Notes: generated from the sequence alone by a model not told the origin. A stretch of DNA of 64,000 nucleotides from Octopus sinensis (GCF_006345805.1 NC_043005.1:47802001-47866000), one strand, 5' to 3'. Counted from the first letter of the stretch, positions 12,086-26,684 are shown. Numbers and translations: made by a program.

Positions 12086-13254
12086 GAGAGACTGAAGAGA
12101 AGGAAGAAACATGTGTGCAGTTATATATACAAATATATAGGTGTAAGTGTGGCTGTGTGGTAAGAAGTTTGCTTCTTAACCATATGGTTTTAGGTTCTAG
12201 CCCACCTTGTGGAACCTCTGACAAATACCTTCTACTATAGCACTGGAATAACCAAAGTCTCACAAGTGGATGTGGTAGATGGATACTGAAAGAAGACTGT
12301 TTATGTGTGTGTGTGTCCCTCATAAAAACATCAGAGACTAGTTTTGAATGATTTGAGTACTGCTAAGTGTTTTCTGTACCAAAAATGTCTGAATCACAGC
12401 TATTGACTATATATATAAATCTATATTTGGAATGAGCCTATCAAAATATCTTTCAAAATATTTGTACAGCTAATGATCTATATATCTAACAAACAATAAA
12501 TCTCAGAATGAAAGTAATATATACATATATCTTTTAATGATGGTATCTCTAATCCTTTGACGATGGACATGGTAATGACTATTATTTTCTTTTGTATATA
12601 TATATATTTATATGGAAAAAAAAGTCAAGGGAGAAAATGCTAAAATAATTTTATAAAAAACATTTCAGTACCGGTTTCAGTCATTGAACCTTTTTCAACT
12701 GTAAGTATGGAAAACAATTAAATTTTGAAAAAAAAGTTAAAAGAAAAGAATTTTAAAAGAATATTTGCATAGTATTCAAATACAAGGGGCATTTTCCTTG
12801 TTTCTGCCTGTATCTGTCTCTCTTGTTTACTCTTGTGGGTTCGAGGTCGTTGTGAATTCTTGGTAGGGAAGAAGGAGGAGGAGGAGGAGGAGGAGAATGT
12901 GGGAGTGCCATGATAGTAGTAGGATGTTAAATGGTCAAATATATATATATTCAAAAATATGGGAATGGAGTAGATAAAAACCAGGTTACATATGTTTCCA
13001 TTGAATGTTTATTCACACATACAACAACCCCAGTTGCTAACTGTGAACTATGAAATGAACTTTTTTCAACTTAACATACTTCGATTGGGAAAAATTCTGC
13101 ACCAATGAATCACTATTATTCCTGAAAGTTGTTTTTTATATCTTTTATGGATTGCTTGAAGCTCCCTAACTTCTTTCAACTTAATACTTGGATCTTACCT
13201 TTACATATCAATATATATATATAGAAGTAAAATATATATATATACATATATATA

Positions 13255-13455
13255 CTCTTTTACTCTTTTACTTGTTTCAGTCATTTGACTGCGGCCATGC
13301 TGGAGCACCGCCTTTTAGTCGAGCAAATCGACCCCGGGACTTATTCTTTGTAAGCCCAGTACTTATTCTATCGGTCTCTTTTTGCCGAACCGCTAAGTGA
13401 CGGGGACGTAAACACTAGCAATGCTAGGGGGACAAACACAGACACACAAACACAT

Positions 13456-13486
<31 letters not shown>

Positions 13487-13648
13487 CATGACAGGCTTCT
13501 TTCAGTTTCCGTCTACCAAATCCACTCACAAGGCATTGGTCGGCCCGGGGCTATAGCAGAAGACACTTGCCCAAGATGCCACGCAGTGGGACTGAACCCG
13601 GAACCATGTGGTTGGTTAGCAAGCTACTTACCACACAGCCACTCCTGC
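13255..13648 (-). mobile_element. SINE family A, low divergence
   Basis: Near-identical inverted counterpart of 11680-12085. Confidence 0.9.
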
Positions 13649-13719
13649 GATATATATATATATAATATATATATATATATATTATATATATATATATATG
13701 TATGTATATATATATATAT

Positions 13720-13930
13720 ATGTACAGGTACAGGACATCGCCAACGGTGCAAATGACATACACACAAGAGATAGATACAAGACGTGGACAGTAGTTACAG
13801 ACCCAAAATGAGTGAAATACGTAAACAGTGAAAAGAAAATGGCAAACAGGACAAGTCAACAGAGAAAAAGGACCCTTCATCAGTTGCTGGCTGCCTATCT
13901 ACTCCTCATTTCGAGCATTCAAATGACATA
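13720..13930 (-). mobile_element. Unclassified, possibly Penelope-like repeat fragment
   Basis: Shares ACTTGTCCTGTTTGCCATTTT with 11035-11140 on the plus strand. Confidence 0.4.
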
Positions 13931-14056
13931 TATATATATCTATGTATATGCATGTATATATAAATATATATAAGTATTAATAAATATGACCTTGTGTGTA
14001 CTGTTGTCGATTTTTTTTCCTCTGTCTTCCCTTCTCTGGATCTTTCCTTCTCCTAT

Positions 14057-14090
14057 GTTTCCGACGAAGAGCTCCGCTCGAAACGTTAAC
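14057..14090 (+). ncRNA. Degenerate minimal type-I hammerhead motif in a Penelope-like 3' repeat (~13990-14200)
   Basis: GTTT-CCGACGA-A-GAGC(TCC)GCTC-GAAA-C-GTT-AAC. U4 is replaced by C and stem I is weak. Confidence 0.55.
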
Positions 14091-14513
14091 CCCTCCTTCT
14101 TTCCTTCTTTCCTGAGCGTCCAATAATACTATATTTGTTCCACGTCCTCGCGTTGTTGTGTTTTTTTTGTGCTTTCTTGTTTGGATTAACTTTATATATC
14201 ACTATATCACTATATCAGCCAGGCTATCAGATGTTGTTATACACTGCTTGTCTCAATACACTTACTTGCTTATGAATGATGCAAGTTCATTGCAGGGTTA
14301 TCCACTTACAGCTAAGTAGAATTGAGCAGCCTGAAATAAAGTTTTTTGTTCAAGAACACAATGCACTAACAGTTTTGGCATCAAAATCCCAATCCCAAGA
14401 TTGTGAGTATATATATATATATAGGCAAAGTTTACGAAAAAAACAAAAGACAAAGACAGGTGGTGTACAAAACAAACAGATGTATTAGTATAACGCTCAG
14501 GAATACAAAAAGT

Positions 14514-14549
14514 CTTTTACGTTTCAAGCCTACGCTCTTCTACAGAAAG
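14514..14549 (-). ncRNA. Hammerhead-like motif with CUGUAGA core in a related repeat (~14430-14625)
   Basis: Minus strand reads CTTT-CTGTAGA-A-GAGC(GTAG)GCTT-GAAA-C-GTA-AAAG. Confidence 0.5.
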
Positions 14550-15081
14550 GTACACAGAAAAAACAAGGAGAGAAAAAAAATGTGTGTAGTGGTTAACGAT
14601 CTATCATGGCGACTAGTTATTGTTTAAATATGATGTTCCTAATCCTTTGAAGATGGAAATGGTAACAACTATTATTTTCTGTTATGGATATTCCTTAATT
14701 CTTCAGCAATGGATATGGTAGCTATACATATACATACATAATGGATTTATAAAACGAATGGTTTACACCTGGTAGCTTACTGGTAAAGCACAATCACTTT
14801 CACAGCAATCATTATGTATATGACAAACGAAAGACAGAAGAAATATGTACATAAATACACATATTTCAGTGTGTATGTGTGTGTGGAGGGGTACATACGT
14901 GTATGTATACATTTGTGTGTATGTATGTGTGGGTATATGTACATACATATGTATAAACATGAGGAATCGATGCTAGATGTGTCGACAGAATTCTTGTGAT
15001 TAATAATAAATTCTCATATATTCTATATCTCTTTATATCTATCTATCTATCTATCTATCTATCTCTCTATCTATCTATATA

Positions 15082-15135
<54 letters not shown>

Positions 15136-15191
15136 GATATATATATATATATATTATATATATATATATATAGATATATATATACATATAT

Positions 15192-15222
<31 letters not shown>

Positions 15223-15264
15223 ATGTATATATATGTATGTGTGTGTGTATGTATATATCTATAT

Positions 15265-15306
<42 letters not shown>

Positions 15307-15572
15307 TGCATGTATGTAGGTACATATATCCACACACACACAGATGTATATACATACACGTATGTACCCCTTCACACTTACACACACACACACACACACA
15401 CACTGAAATATGTGCATGTATGTACCTATTTCAGCATCTCTGAACATTTCAAAATTTTGTTGGCCTCAAGATTTAAATAGAAATTATTACTGTATGACCA
15501 TATAATCTAAAACTGGAGTGCCTCTGGCGTTATTAAAATCTGGTGTGAATTTGACACTGGTATATTGCAGAT

Positions 15573-15606
<34 letters not shown>

Positions 15607-15767
15607 TGTAACATGTATTTCTGACACATTAGTCAGAAGAGGCAATGTACAGTAAGATGTACTAAGGGAAATTTAACAAAATTCCTAAAGTAAAATTGAA
15701 TAATTCTAACAACACCATCACACATATAAGTAGCATACATGTACGTATGTTTTCACTCACACACACA

Positions 15768-15830
<63 letters not shown>

Positions 15831-15972
15831 GTGTATATATATGTGTGTGTATATTTATATATATATATATATAAATAAATGAAAGAATGGAGTTGAACGA
15901 AGATGTTAACAAAATTCCTTTACTCTTGACATATTTTCCATGCTGACGATAAACATAGGATGATTCATTCAC

Positions 15973-16010
<38 letters not shown>

Positions 16011-16619
16011 GTGTGTTTGCATATATGCATATGTGTATGTTTATACATGCATGTATGCTCAGAGATATATACATAAAATCAATCATACACACGTGTGCAC
16101 ACACACACACACAGAAACAAACACATATACACACATTAGGCTTAGATATACATAACTATCTGCATAAATACCTCTATGTATATCTAATTTTCTATTATTT
16201 ACAATCTGTTTATCTCTCTGTCTATCTAACTCTCTATTTCTCTATCATTTCTCTCTCTCTTTCTCTTTCTCTCTCTCTCTAACTCTCTTTATATATATCT
16301 TTTACTTGTTTTAGTCATTTGACAGTTGCCATACTGGGGCACCACCTTGAAGGGATTTCAGTCAAACAAATTGAACCCAGGACTTATTTTTTAAAGCCTA
16401 GTACTTATTCTATTAGTCTATTTTGCTGAACTGCTAAGTTACAGGAGATAAGCACACCAGTAGCAGTTGTCAAGTGGTGGTGGGGGACAAACACTAACAC
16501 AAAGACACACATACAATATATATATATATATATATAAGAGATATATGACCTTGCTCTAATAACTGAGTCACTATCAAAACTAGAGAAGTTTCAGGTGTGG
16601 AAGCAAGGTCTAGAATCGA

Positions 16620-17465
16620 AGGGCTTTAGAGTCAATCTAGCAAAAACTAAAGTCTTAGTAAGTAGGAAGGCAAACAAATCACAAATCCCTTCAGGTAGAT
16701 GGCCCTCTCAATCTGTAGAAAAAGTGTAGGTAGAAACTCTATCAGATGTACCAAGTGTAAGCTATGGAAACATACGAGGTGCAGTAATATTAAAGAAAGG
16801 CTTACTAGGAAGAAAGCTTTTGTGTGTGGCAAATGAAGAGGGGCAATAAACACTGAAAATGTGCAGAAAACAGCTTCCATCACATGTCAGGGAGAAAAAC
16901 TAGAAGTAGTTGATAGCTTCCTTTATCTACGTGACCAAGTCAGTGGTAGAGTGGATGCTCTAAGAATAGCCTGGACAAAGTTCAGAGAGCTCCTACCTCT
17001 GCTGGTAACAAAGAGCCTGACAGTATGATGCATGTGTGCGAACAGCCAGGCTACACAGCAGTGAAACATGGTTTGTGACTGCTGAGTACATGCATAAGCT
17101 TGCAAGAAATGAGGCTGGATGTGAAATGTCAGTGTGCATACATGACAGAGTATAAGCGCCTTGAGAGAAAAATGGGACCTAAGAAGCATCAGATGTGGTG
17201 TGCAAGAGAGACGACTGCATTATCTATGGTCATGTGTTGTGTAAGAATGAGAACAGCTTTGCGAAAAAGTGTCACACCCTAACAGTGGAGGGAACCTGTA
17301 GAAGAAGTAGACCCAGGAAGACCTGGGATGAGGTGGTGAAGCATGACCTTCGAATATTGGGCTTCATTGAGGCAATGACAAGCGACTGAGACCTTTGGAG
17401 ATATGCTGTGCTTGAGCAGACCTGGCAAGCCAAGTGAGACCGTAACCATTGCTTATGCCAGTATG
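16620..17465 (+). mobile_element. Decayed RTE-clade LINE 3' fragment
   Basis: Broken frames give LEVVDSF.YL, AWTKFRELLPLL and GTCRRSRPRKTWDEVVKHDL, typical of the RTE ORF C-terminus. Confidence 0.85.
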
Positions 17466-17498
17466 GTGATGATATATAAATTGTATTGCATTTAATTT

Positions 17499-17626
<128 letters not shown>

Positions 17627-18302
17627 GGATAGATAGATAGATAGGGAGAGAGAGAGAACAACAGAAAGATAGAGTGAAAGGTATATTGATAGACAGACCA
17701 ACAGATAATTTCGTCAGAAACATCTCCCTACTTGAATGGGCCATTATACTACAAAACTTGTTTTGAAAATGTTTCAACAGATCCTACGAGGTGGTGCTAT
17801 TAGGTTAGACATGGCCTAGCCCAATCTTTGGCCAAAACATATCTAAGTTATCTGTTGTAATTAATGCATTTGTGAACATATTTGTGTTAAAATACACTGT
17901 CTTTGTTTCAGTTCTCAAAAATAACGAAGAATTTATTGAAAAAAATTGCCATTATTTAGAAGGGGTTTGGCATGAAGAAACATATAATTTTGATGCAATG
18001 GTTTCAATTAGATCACTTTGAAACGGAAAATTTGTGTAATAGAACTGGGATCAGTCTTAAGTGAGTTGATATTAAAAGTGCTAAATAGACAGAAAAACAG
18101 ACAGACAAACAATTACATAGATAGCAAGATGGAAAGATAGATGCAAATCTAATATTTAACATTCATTGCAGTGAACAAAACGTTTTCAGTGGTATTTACT
18201 GATTGAAGATGCTATACTATTATGATGGACAAATTTATTAATGACAGTAGAATTCAATGGAACTAAAATTCAAACCTAGTGGCTGATTTAAATATACATA
18301 CA

Positions 18303-18710
18303 GGAGCAGGAGTGGCTATGTGGTAAGTAACTTGCTTACCAACCACATGGTTCCGGGTTCAGTCCCACTGTATGGCACCTTGGGCAAGTGTCTTCTACTA
18401 TAGCTTCAGGCCGACCAAAGCCTTGTGAGTGGATCTGATAGATGGAAACTGAAAAGAAGCCTGTTATATATATATCTCTATATATGTGTGTGTGTGTGGT
18501 GTGTCTGTGTTTGTCCCTCCAACATCGCTTGACAACCGATGGTGGTGTGCTTACGCCCCCGTAACTTAGTGGTTCGGCAAAAAGATACCGATACAATAAG
18601 TACTAGGCTTACAAAGAATAAGTCCTGGGGTCAATTTGCTTAACTAAAGGTGGTGCTCCAGCATGGCCACAGTCAAATGACTGAAACAAGTAAAAGAGAG
18701 TAAAAGAGAA
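18303..18710 (+). mobile_element. SINE family A
   Basis: Full length. Confidence 0.9.
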
Positions 18711-18777
18711 TACATACAGATGAACATACAAACATATATACATACATACATTTATATATATATATATTTATTTATAA

Positions 18778-19005
18778 GGGTGGTGAGCTGGCAGAATCAT
18801 TATCATGCCGGATGAAATGCTTAATGTTATTTCGTCTGCCATTACGTTCTGAGTTCAAATTCCTCCGAGGTCAAATTTGCCTTTCATTTTTTGGGGGTCG
18901 ATTAAATAAGTACCAGTTGTGCACTGGGGTCAAGGTAATCAAATTAATCCCTTTGTCTATCCTTGTTTGCCCCCTTTATGTTTAGCCCCTGTGGGCATTA
19001 AAGAA
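18778..19005 (+). mobile_element. SINE family B
   Basis: Head GGTGAGCTGGCAGAATC, tail GTGGGCATTAAAGAAATA. Confidence 0.85.
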
Positions 19006-19089
19006 ATATATATATATATAGAGAGAGAGAGATAAAAATGGATATATGTATATATCCTATATCTAGCCATCTATATATATATACGCATC

Positions 19090-19512
19090 TTTTATCTTTT
19101 ACTTGTTTCAGTCATTTGTCCATGCTGGGGCATGACCGTGAAGATACACATATATACAGACGAAACAAATTGAACTAAGGACAGTTTTTTTAAAGCCTTG
19201 TACTTATTCTATTCATCTCTTTTGCCAAACTGCTGAAATTACAGGGACGTAAACACACCAACACCAGTTGTCAAGCAATGGTGGGGACAAACACAGACAA
19301 AAAGACACACACACACATAGTCATATGCACGTATATATATATATATACATATATATATGACAGGCTTCTTTCAGTTTCCGTCTACCAAATCTACTCACAA
19401 GGATTTGGTCAGCCTGAGTAGAAGACACTTACCCAAGGTGTCATGCAGTGGGGCTGAACCTGGAACCATGTGGTTGGAAAGGAAGCTTCTTATCACAGAC
19501 AGCTACACCTGT
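19090..19512 (-). mobile_element. SINE family A, diverged
   Basis: Tail to head match. Confidence 0.85.
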
Positions 19513-19687
19513 GCCTATGTGTATATATACACATACAAACACGCAGAAGTACATGTATACATACAAATTCACATGCATACAGATAGGTGTATATATTTCT
19601 ATACACGTTTATGTGTATATGTGCATATATGTATATATGTGTATCTGTGTGTGTATATATATATATATATATATGTATGTACATTTA

Positions 19688-19726
<39 letters not shown>

Positions 19727-20877
19727 TCAGACAGACAGCTATTTGCAATATCAGTGAATGTTTTATTCCATTTTCTATACATACAAAGTGAAAGATTTTA
19801 TCTAGGCATACGGGTGTGAGTACACATCATTGACAAGGCTTAACAAATTCAATATATGTCTGGCATTGGTGCTAACCAGTGTTTAAAGGATTATATAAAT
19901 TTTGTGTTTTAAGCACAGCTTGTCTGTAAGAGATGTTATCTCAGATGAATACTACATTAGCTTGCATATCAACGATGTATGTAGTTTATGATATACTCAT
20001 AGCTATCTTTTATCTTTGACTTGTTTCACTTGTAAAAACTGTGGCAATGCTGGGGCTCTGCTTTGAATATTAGTCACAAAATTCAACCCAAGTACTTTCT
20101 TTTTACTTATTTAAGCATGGTACTTGTTTTATTGTTTCTTTTGATGAACCTCTAAGTTATAAAAATGTAAATACACCAATACTGATTTTTGAAGCAGTGA
20201 TGGACAAACAGACACAAAGTCACACACACACACACACATTCTTTCTACAATAGGTGCAAGGCCTGAAATTTGGCCAGAGGACGACAGTTGATGACAGTTG
20301 ATTACATAGAGGCCAGTACTCAACTAGTACTTATTTTATCGACTCCGAAAAGATGAAAATTGACCTTGGCACATTTTGATCTCAGAATGTAAAGATAGAC
20401 AAATTGTCATGTAAGAATTCTGTCTGCCATACTAATGATTCTGCTAGCTTGCCACCTTACATACATATTTATATGATAAGTTTTTTTTAATTTCCATTTA
20501 CCAAATTCACTCACAAGGCTTTGGTAGACAACACTTATCTGAGGTGCCACACAGTAGGACTGAACTGGGAACCATGTGGTTGGGAAGTAAACTTCTTACC
20601 ACACATCCATTCCTTGCATTCTTTTATTCTTTTGCTTGTTTCAGTCATTTGACTGTGTCCATGCTGGAGCTTCATCTTGAAGGGTTTTTAGTAGCATGAA
20701 TTGACCCAAGTATTTATTTCCTTTAAAGCCGGTTACTTATTCTATCAATCACTTTTTGCCAAACTGCTAAGCTATGGGGACGTAAACACACCAACAGCAA
20801 TTGTTAAGCAGTGATGGGGGGAACAAAAACAGACACAAAAACACACACATATAGATATATGCATACATATGTATATA

Positions 20878-20908
<31 letters not shown>

Positions 20909-20909
20909 T

Positions 20910-21325
20910 TTACTTGTTTCTGTCATTTGACTGTGTGACTGTGGCTATGCTGGAGCACTGCCTTGAGGATTTTTAGTCGAACAAGTTGACCCCACTTTTA
21001 CTGAACTACTAGGTTACAGGGATATAACCACACCAGCATCGGTTGTCAAACGACAGCAGGGAGACAAACACAGACACACACACACACACATATATAATAG
21101 GCTGCTTTCAGTTTCCATCTACCAAATCCACCCACAAAGCTTTGGTCAGCATGAGACTATAGTTGAATAAGACTTAGTTCTTATTAGTGAGCATTGCTGC
21201 CAAGGGCTAAAGATACTTGTGTTACCATGTGTGTATTGACCATTTGACCAAGGTGCCATGCAGCAGGACTGAACCTGGCACCGTTCAGTTGGGAAGTAAG
21301 CTTCTTACCACACAGACATACCTGT
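20910..21325 (-). mobile_element. SINE family A with a 76-bp insertion
   Basis: Insert 21172-21247 is a copy of 21546-21621. Confidence 0.8.
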
Positions 21326-21679
21326 ACTTGTATGTGTGTGTATTTATAATCAAAGGTACAAGATAGAACACGGCATTGCTAGAAATAAAAATCAAAGCAA
21401 CTCAAAAACCACAGTATTCGCTTCTACACAATGGTGAATTCAAGGAAATGAGTAAATATAAAAGCCAACTTGCCAATAGCGAGTGAAAATCACAAATGAT
21501 TTGCAGATGTACTCATATCACATGATTTCAAACCCTATGATAAACACTTAGTTCTTATTAGTGAGTATTGCTGCCTAGGGCTAAAGATACTTGTGTCACC
21601 ATGTGTGTATTGACCATTTGAATGCAGCGGCAAATTCAAAAATGATCAAAGTGAATAAAATAACAAAAATATATAAAGA

Positions 21680-22085
21680 GGCGCAGGAGTGGCTGTGTGG
21701 TAAGTAGCTTGCTAACCAACCACATGGTTCCAGGTTCAGTCCCACTGCGTGGCATCTTGGGCAAGTGTCTTCGCTATAGCCCCGGGCCGACCAATGCCTT
21801 GTGAGTGGTTTGGTAGACGGAAACTGAAAAGAAGCCTGTCGTATATATGTATTATATATATATGTATGTGTGTGGTTTGTGTGTCTGTGTTTGTTCCCCT
21901 AGCATTGCTTGACAACGATTGCTGGTGCGTTTACGTCCCCGTCACTTAGCGGTTCGGCAAAAAGAGACCGCTAGAATAAGTACTGGGCTTATAAAAAGAA
22001 TAAGTCCTGGGGTCGAGTTGCTCGATTAAAAAAAGGCGGTGCTCCAGCATGGCCGCAGTCAAATGACTGAAACAAGTAAAAGAGT
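21680..22085 (+). mobile_element. SINE family A, low divergence
   Basis: GGCGCAGGAGTGG head, full length. Confidence 0.9.
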
Positions 22086-22804
22086 ATATTATTATTAACA
22101 TATAATGATAATATAAGTGGCTAGCAAGCATAAAATAATCATAAAGGTAAAATTATTAATTTATAATCAAGGGTACAAGATAGTACACAGTATTGCTTGA
22201 AATAAGAGTCAAAATGACAGGCTTCTTTCAGTTTCTGTCTACCAAATCCACTCACAAGGCTTTGGTTGACCTGAGGCTATAGTAGTAGACACTTGTTCAA
22301 GGTTCCACACCGTGGAACTGAACCTAGAACCATGTAGTTGGGAACCAAGCTACTTACCACACAATCATGCTTGTGCCTGCGTGTATATAGAATATTTTAA
22401 TCTGTAATCATATGTCCAGCAAAATATATTTTGCTTAGCTTATGGCTCTTTGGCAACCAAGTACTTTATTCCAAGTGGCCAGACGTAACTTCTTATCGCA
22501 ATTATCACTCCTTGGGATGTGTGTGTGTGTATATGTGTTATGGGAGAATCCTAAACATCCCCATGTGACTGAAGGTGGACTAACCAATTAAAATAAATTG
22601 AACTGAGTGAACTGTCAATTGGTAGCTGACAGTGTTAGTTCAACAGTCTGTAGTTGAACAGTGAATACTGAGTATGTTCGAGTAGTATGGAGTGCATTGT
22701 GTGTTAACATACATCACTGCAATAGGTTATTTTTAGATAACCACAACCAACTATTTATTTGTGTAATATCATTTTACACCAGACATGCATAACCACATCA
22801 TAGG

Positions 22805-23112
22805 TGGAGGCACATGGCCTAGTGGTTAGAGCAGTGGACTTGCGGTCGAGGGATCGCCGGTTCGAATCTTAGACAGGGCGATGTGTGTGTTTATGAGGGA
22901 AACACCTAAGCCCCACGCAGCTCCAGCATAAGGTAATGGTGAACTTCTGCTGACTCTTTCGCCACAACTTTCTCTCACTCTTTCTTCCTGCATCTTGCAG
23001 CTCACCTGCAACAGACCGGCGTCCTGTCCAGGTAGGGAACCTATACGCCAAGAAACCGGGAAACCGGCCCTATGAGCCAGGCATGGCTTGAGAAGGAACA
23101 AAAATAAAAACA
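22805..23112 (+). mobile_element. tRNA-derived SINE family D (MetaSINE-like)
   Basis: A box TGGCCTAGTGG, B box GGTTCGAATC, GACCGGCGTCCTGTCCAGG motif, A-rich tail. A minus-strand remnant lies near 50640-50800. Confidence 0.75.
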
Positions 23113-23871
23113 AAGCACATCATAGCAATGTGTGTGTGTGTGTGTCTGTTGGATGGGAGGGTGGAGCTCTGTATATTGCTGATATAAATTCAGATTTGAT
23201 TAACCAAATTATATGCTCTCAAATTAACTTGTATCTAACATATCATGCTACAAAAACAAGCACCCTTCAAATAATTCCCATACAGAATCAATGTGACTAA
23301 GTGTGACAAAACTGCACCATTTACATAAAAGACACAGTTCAGCTGCTGGATTTTTTTGATATAAGTGAAATAAGCATTAGCGATATATTGCCCCAGACAG
23401 AATCTGCAAGAGCTACTCGATGGTTTAGCAAGCTTTTCTGAAACCATTACAATCCTTTTGTATCTTCAGCAGGTATCTTAGGGTTGCAAGCATTTCACCC
23501 CTTAGCCTGTGCACTTCACCTGAGGAGGGTAGCAAGGACTGACCCTGTCTTCACCTACATTTGAATACACACACCTGGTGGTTCAGACATGCTACACCAT
23601 AGCCAAGTCAAAATTGCGTATATGCATATATCGACGTTGGTCCCGTTTTTTACTGTGGATGGGGCCATTATGCCTTGAAAGTTATGCCATTGCCTATGAG
23701 CAGCCAACCCCCCACTGCTAACATGCAGGCTAGGATGCATGATAGCTGCTACAACCTAGTGTCAGCAGAGGACCCACCGGAAGGGGTTGATTGAAATTGG
23801 TGCTCTCTGACACTTGGCCTCTCCTGTGTGCAGGTAACTTTCAAGGCACACACATATATATTATATATAGG

Positions 23872-24270
23872 CACAGGAGTGGCTGTGTGGTAAGTAGCTT
23901 GCTTACCAATCACATGGTTCCAGGTTCAGGCACACCGTGTGGCACTATGGGAAAGTGTCTTCTACTATAGCCTCGGGCCAACCAAAGCCTTGTGAGTGGA
24001 TTTGGTAGACAGAAACTGAAAGAAGCCCATTGTATATATGTATATGTATATATATATATGTGTGTGTGTGTTTGTGTGTCTGTGTTTGTCCCAACAACAT
24101 TCCTTGACAACCAATGCTGGTGTGTTCATGTCCCCGTAACCTAGCAGTTCAGCAAAGGAGACTGACAGAGTAAGTGCTAGGCTCACAGGAAATAAGTCCT
24201 GGGGTCGATTTGCTCAACTAAAGACGTTGCTCCAGCATGGCTGCCGTCAAATAACTAAAAAAAGTAAAAG
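23872..24270 (+). mobile_element. SINE family A
   Basis: Full length. Confidence 0.88.
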
Positions 24271-25354
24271 TGTATATATATATATATATATTTTATATAT
24301 ATATATATATACACACTATATATATTATATATATATATTATATATATATATATATATACATATATTGGCCACACACACCCATATAATGAAAGTGATTATT
24401 TACATGTGGGCATGTCTAAATATATATAATATGTATTAATGTAAATTGTATGTTAAAATTTATTTTATACATTTATATGACACATATGTGAATAAATTTA
24501 AAATGTAAAATTTGTTTGTATGTATCTATGTGTCTGTATGTTTGTGTGCTTCAGTAAATAGAATTATATGAACACATTCACAATTTACATAAGCTTGGAA
24601 TATGCATAAATATTCAAATTTTATGTAAAGTACGTTGTTAATATTAGATATAACATGTTATTAAATATAATTGTAAATTTCAAATGCATTCAGGCATATA
24701 GCATCAACTTCAATATAGAATATCCTATGACATAAAAATGTATGTATAAACTTGGATATGTACAACTGCACACAGATGTATTTATAAACATCATTTTGGT
24801 ATCATCATCATTTAGCATCCATAATTCGTGCTGGCATGGGTTAGATTATACATATAACATAGATATACATGTGGAATATGTATAAAAATACATAGTTATA
24901 AATCTATTCACAAATGTATGTACATACATGGAAATATAAAAGGATATGTATTTCAATTTACATGTATATAATTATACATAAATACCCAGCCTTTGTTGTC
25001 TGATTATAACTCTCTGTGTGTATGTGTGTGTGTTGTGTGTTTGTGAGAGAGAGTGAGAGAAAGAGAGAGTGCGTGTAGTGGTGGGTGTTGTTCATGTACA
25101 AATGGATATAAAAATTAAAGTTTATTTCATGATATTATTTATGAATCATTATATATCACTACATATCTAATGCTCAGATGTTTCAAACTTTCTTACGCAT
25201 ATCCATTCATTTAAATCTATGTAGAAACAAAATGTACACATGCACACACACACACAGGTAAATATATATACATATATATATACATATAGATACCTATATT
25301 TAATATACATATATATGTATATAGATATAGGTATATATATAATATATATATATA

Positions 25355-25392
<38 letters not shown>

Positions 25393-25416
25393 ATATATAC
25401 ATATAAGTATGTTGTG

Positions 25417-25447
<31 letters not shown>

Positions 25448-25764
25448 CATATATGCATTTATCTATGTATCTGTATATATAGATACCTATTATTTAAGGA
25501 ATTAACTCACCAAAATATTAGGTATTGAGCCAGTATTTCCTTGAATAACATCATCCTTTCATGAGGCTAACATAACCTTTAATCATATATATATTATATT
25601 ATATATATATATATATATAGTATATATATATATATATTATATATTTATAATTTCGGATGGTCATTAAATATTTTTGCCAAAAAAAATGACCATCCCGAAA
25701 TACAACAGTAACCTGTTTCAGTACATGATTTCACATCAGGAATCTTGCAAAATGAATATATATA

Positions 25765-26372
25765 TTCTTTTATTCTTTTATTCTGTTACTTGTTCCAGTC
25801 ATTTGATTGTGGCAATGCTGGAGCACCACATTTACTTGAACAAATCAACCCTAGGTCTTATGCTTCGTAAGCCTAGAACTTATACTATCAATTCTTTTGC
25901 CGAACTGCTAAGTCACAGTGAAGTAAACACACCAACATTGATAGAGGTGTAAACACAGACACACAAATGCATACATATATATATATATAGATTCAGTATG
26001 GAATTTTGTCAGTGACCAGGTTGCAGTCTTAATGCGATGAAAATATTTTGGCAAATTCAATTTAAATGTTGAACTGAATCTAACAGTTTTTGTGTTTTTG
26101 AAATGGCTTATAAACACCTTCCGTGCAGCAATTGATTTTGTTTCAGCACAAAATCTCAGATCAGGTCTCTTGCTATGCAAGTACATCTCCGTAATATATA
26201 TATATATATATATGATAGGCTTCTTTCAGTTTCCATCTACCAAATCCACTCACAAAGCTTTGGTCGGCTGAAGGCTATAGAAGACACTTGCCAAAAATGT
26301 CATGCAGTGGACTGAACCCAGAACCATTTGGTGGGGAAGCAAACTCCTTACCACACAGCCACTCCTGCACCT
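25765..26372 (-). mobile_element. SINE family A split by ~200 bp of unique sequence inside its (TA)n tract
   Basis: Tail half 25765-25975, head half 26212-26372, insert ~25991-26192. Confidence 0.65.
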
Positions 26373-26638
26373 ACACATATATATATGTTCATCTTTCACC
26401 TTCACTTGTTCAGTCATTAGACTATGGCCTGGCAGGGACACCAGCTTGAAAAATTTACTCGAAGGAATTGAACCCCATACCTATTTCATTTTGTTAAGCC
26501 TAGTACTTATTCTATCATCCACTTCTGCTGAACTAGGCCCTAAACACTGATTGCCAAATGGCAGGAGAGAGAGAGAGAGAGAGAGAGAGAGTCACACAGG
26601 CACACACATATAGTTATCTAACTATCTATCTATCTGTA

Positions 26639-26669
<31 letters not shown>

Positions 26670-26684
26670 TTATCCATCTCTCTC

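Noticed and set aside
236-13125. Short AG..GTAAG candidate exons near 240-295, 2065-2185, 9290-9370 and 13080-13120
   Set aside because: Short open frames with splice-like ends are expected by chance in AT-rich DNA, and no recognisable protein results.
13870-13925. GAAA...CTGATGA on the minus strand, possible type-II hammerhead
   Set aside because: I could not form stems I and III or a cleavage triplet.
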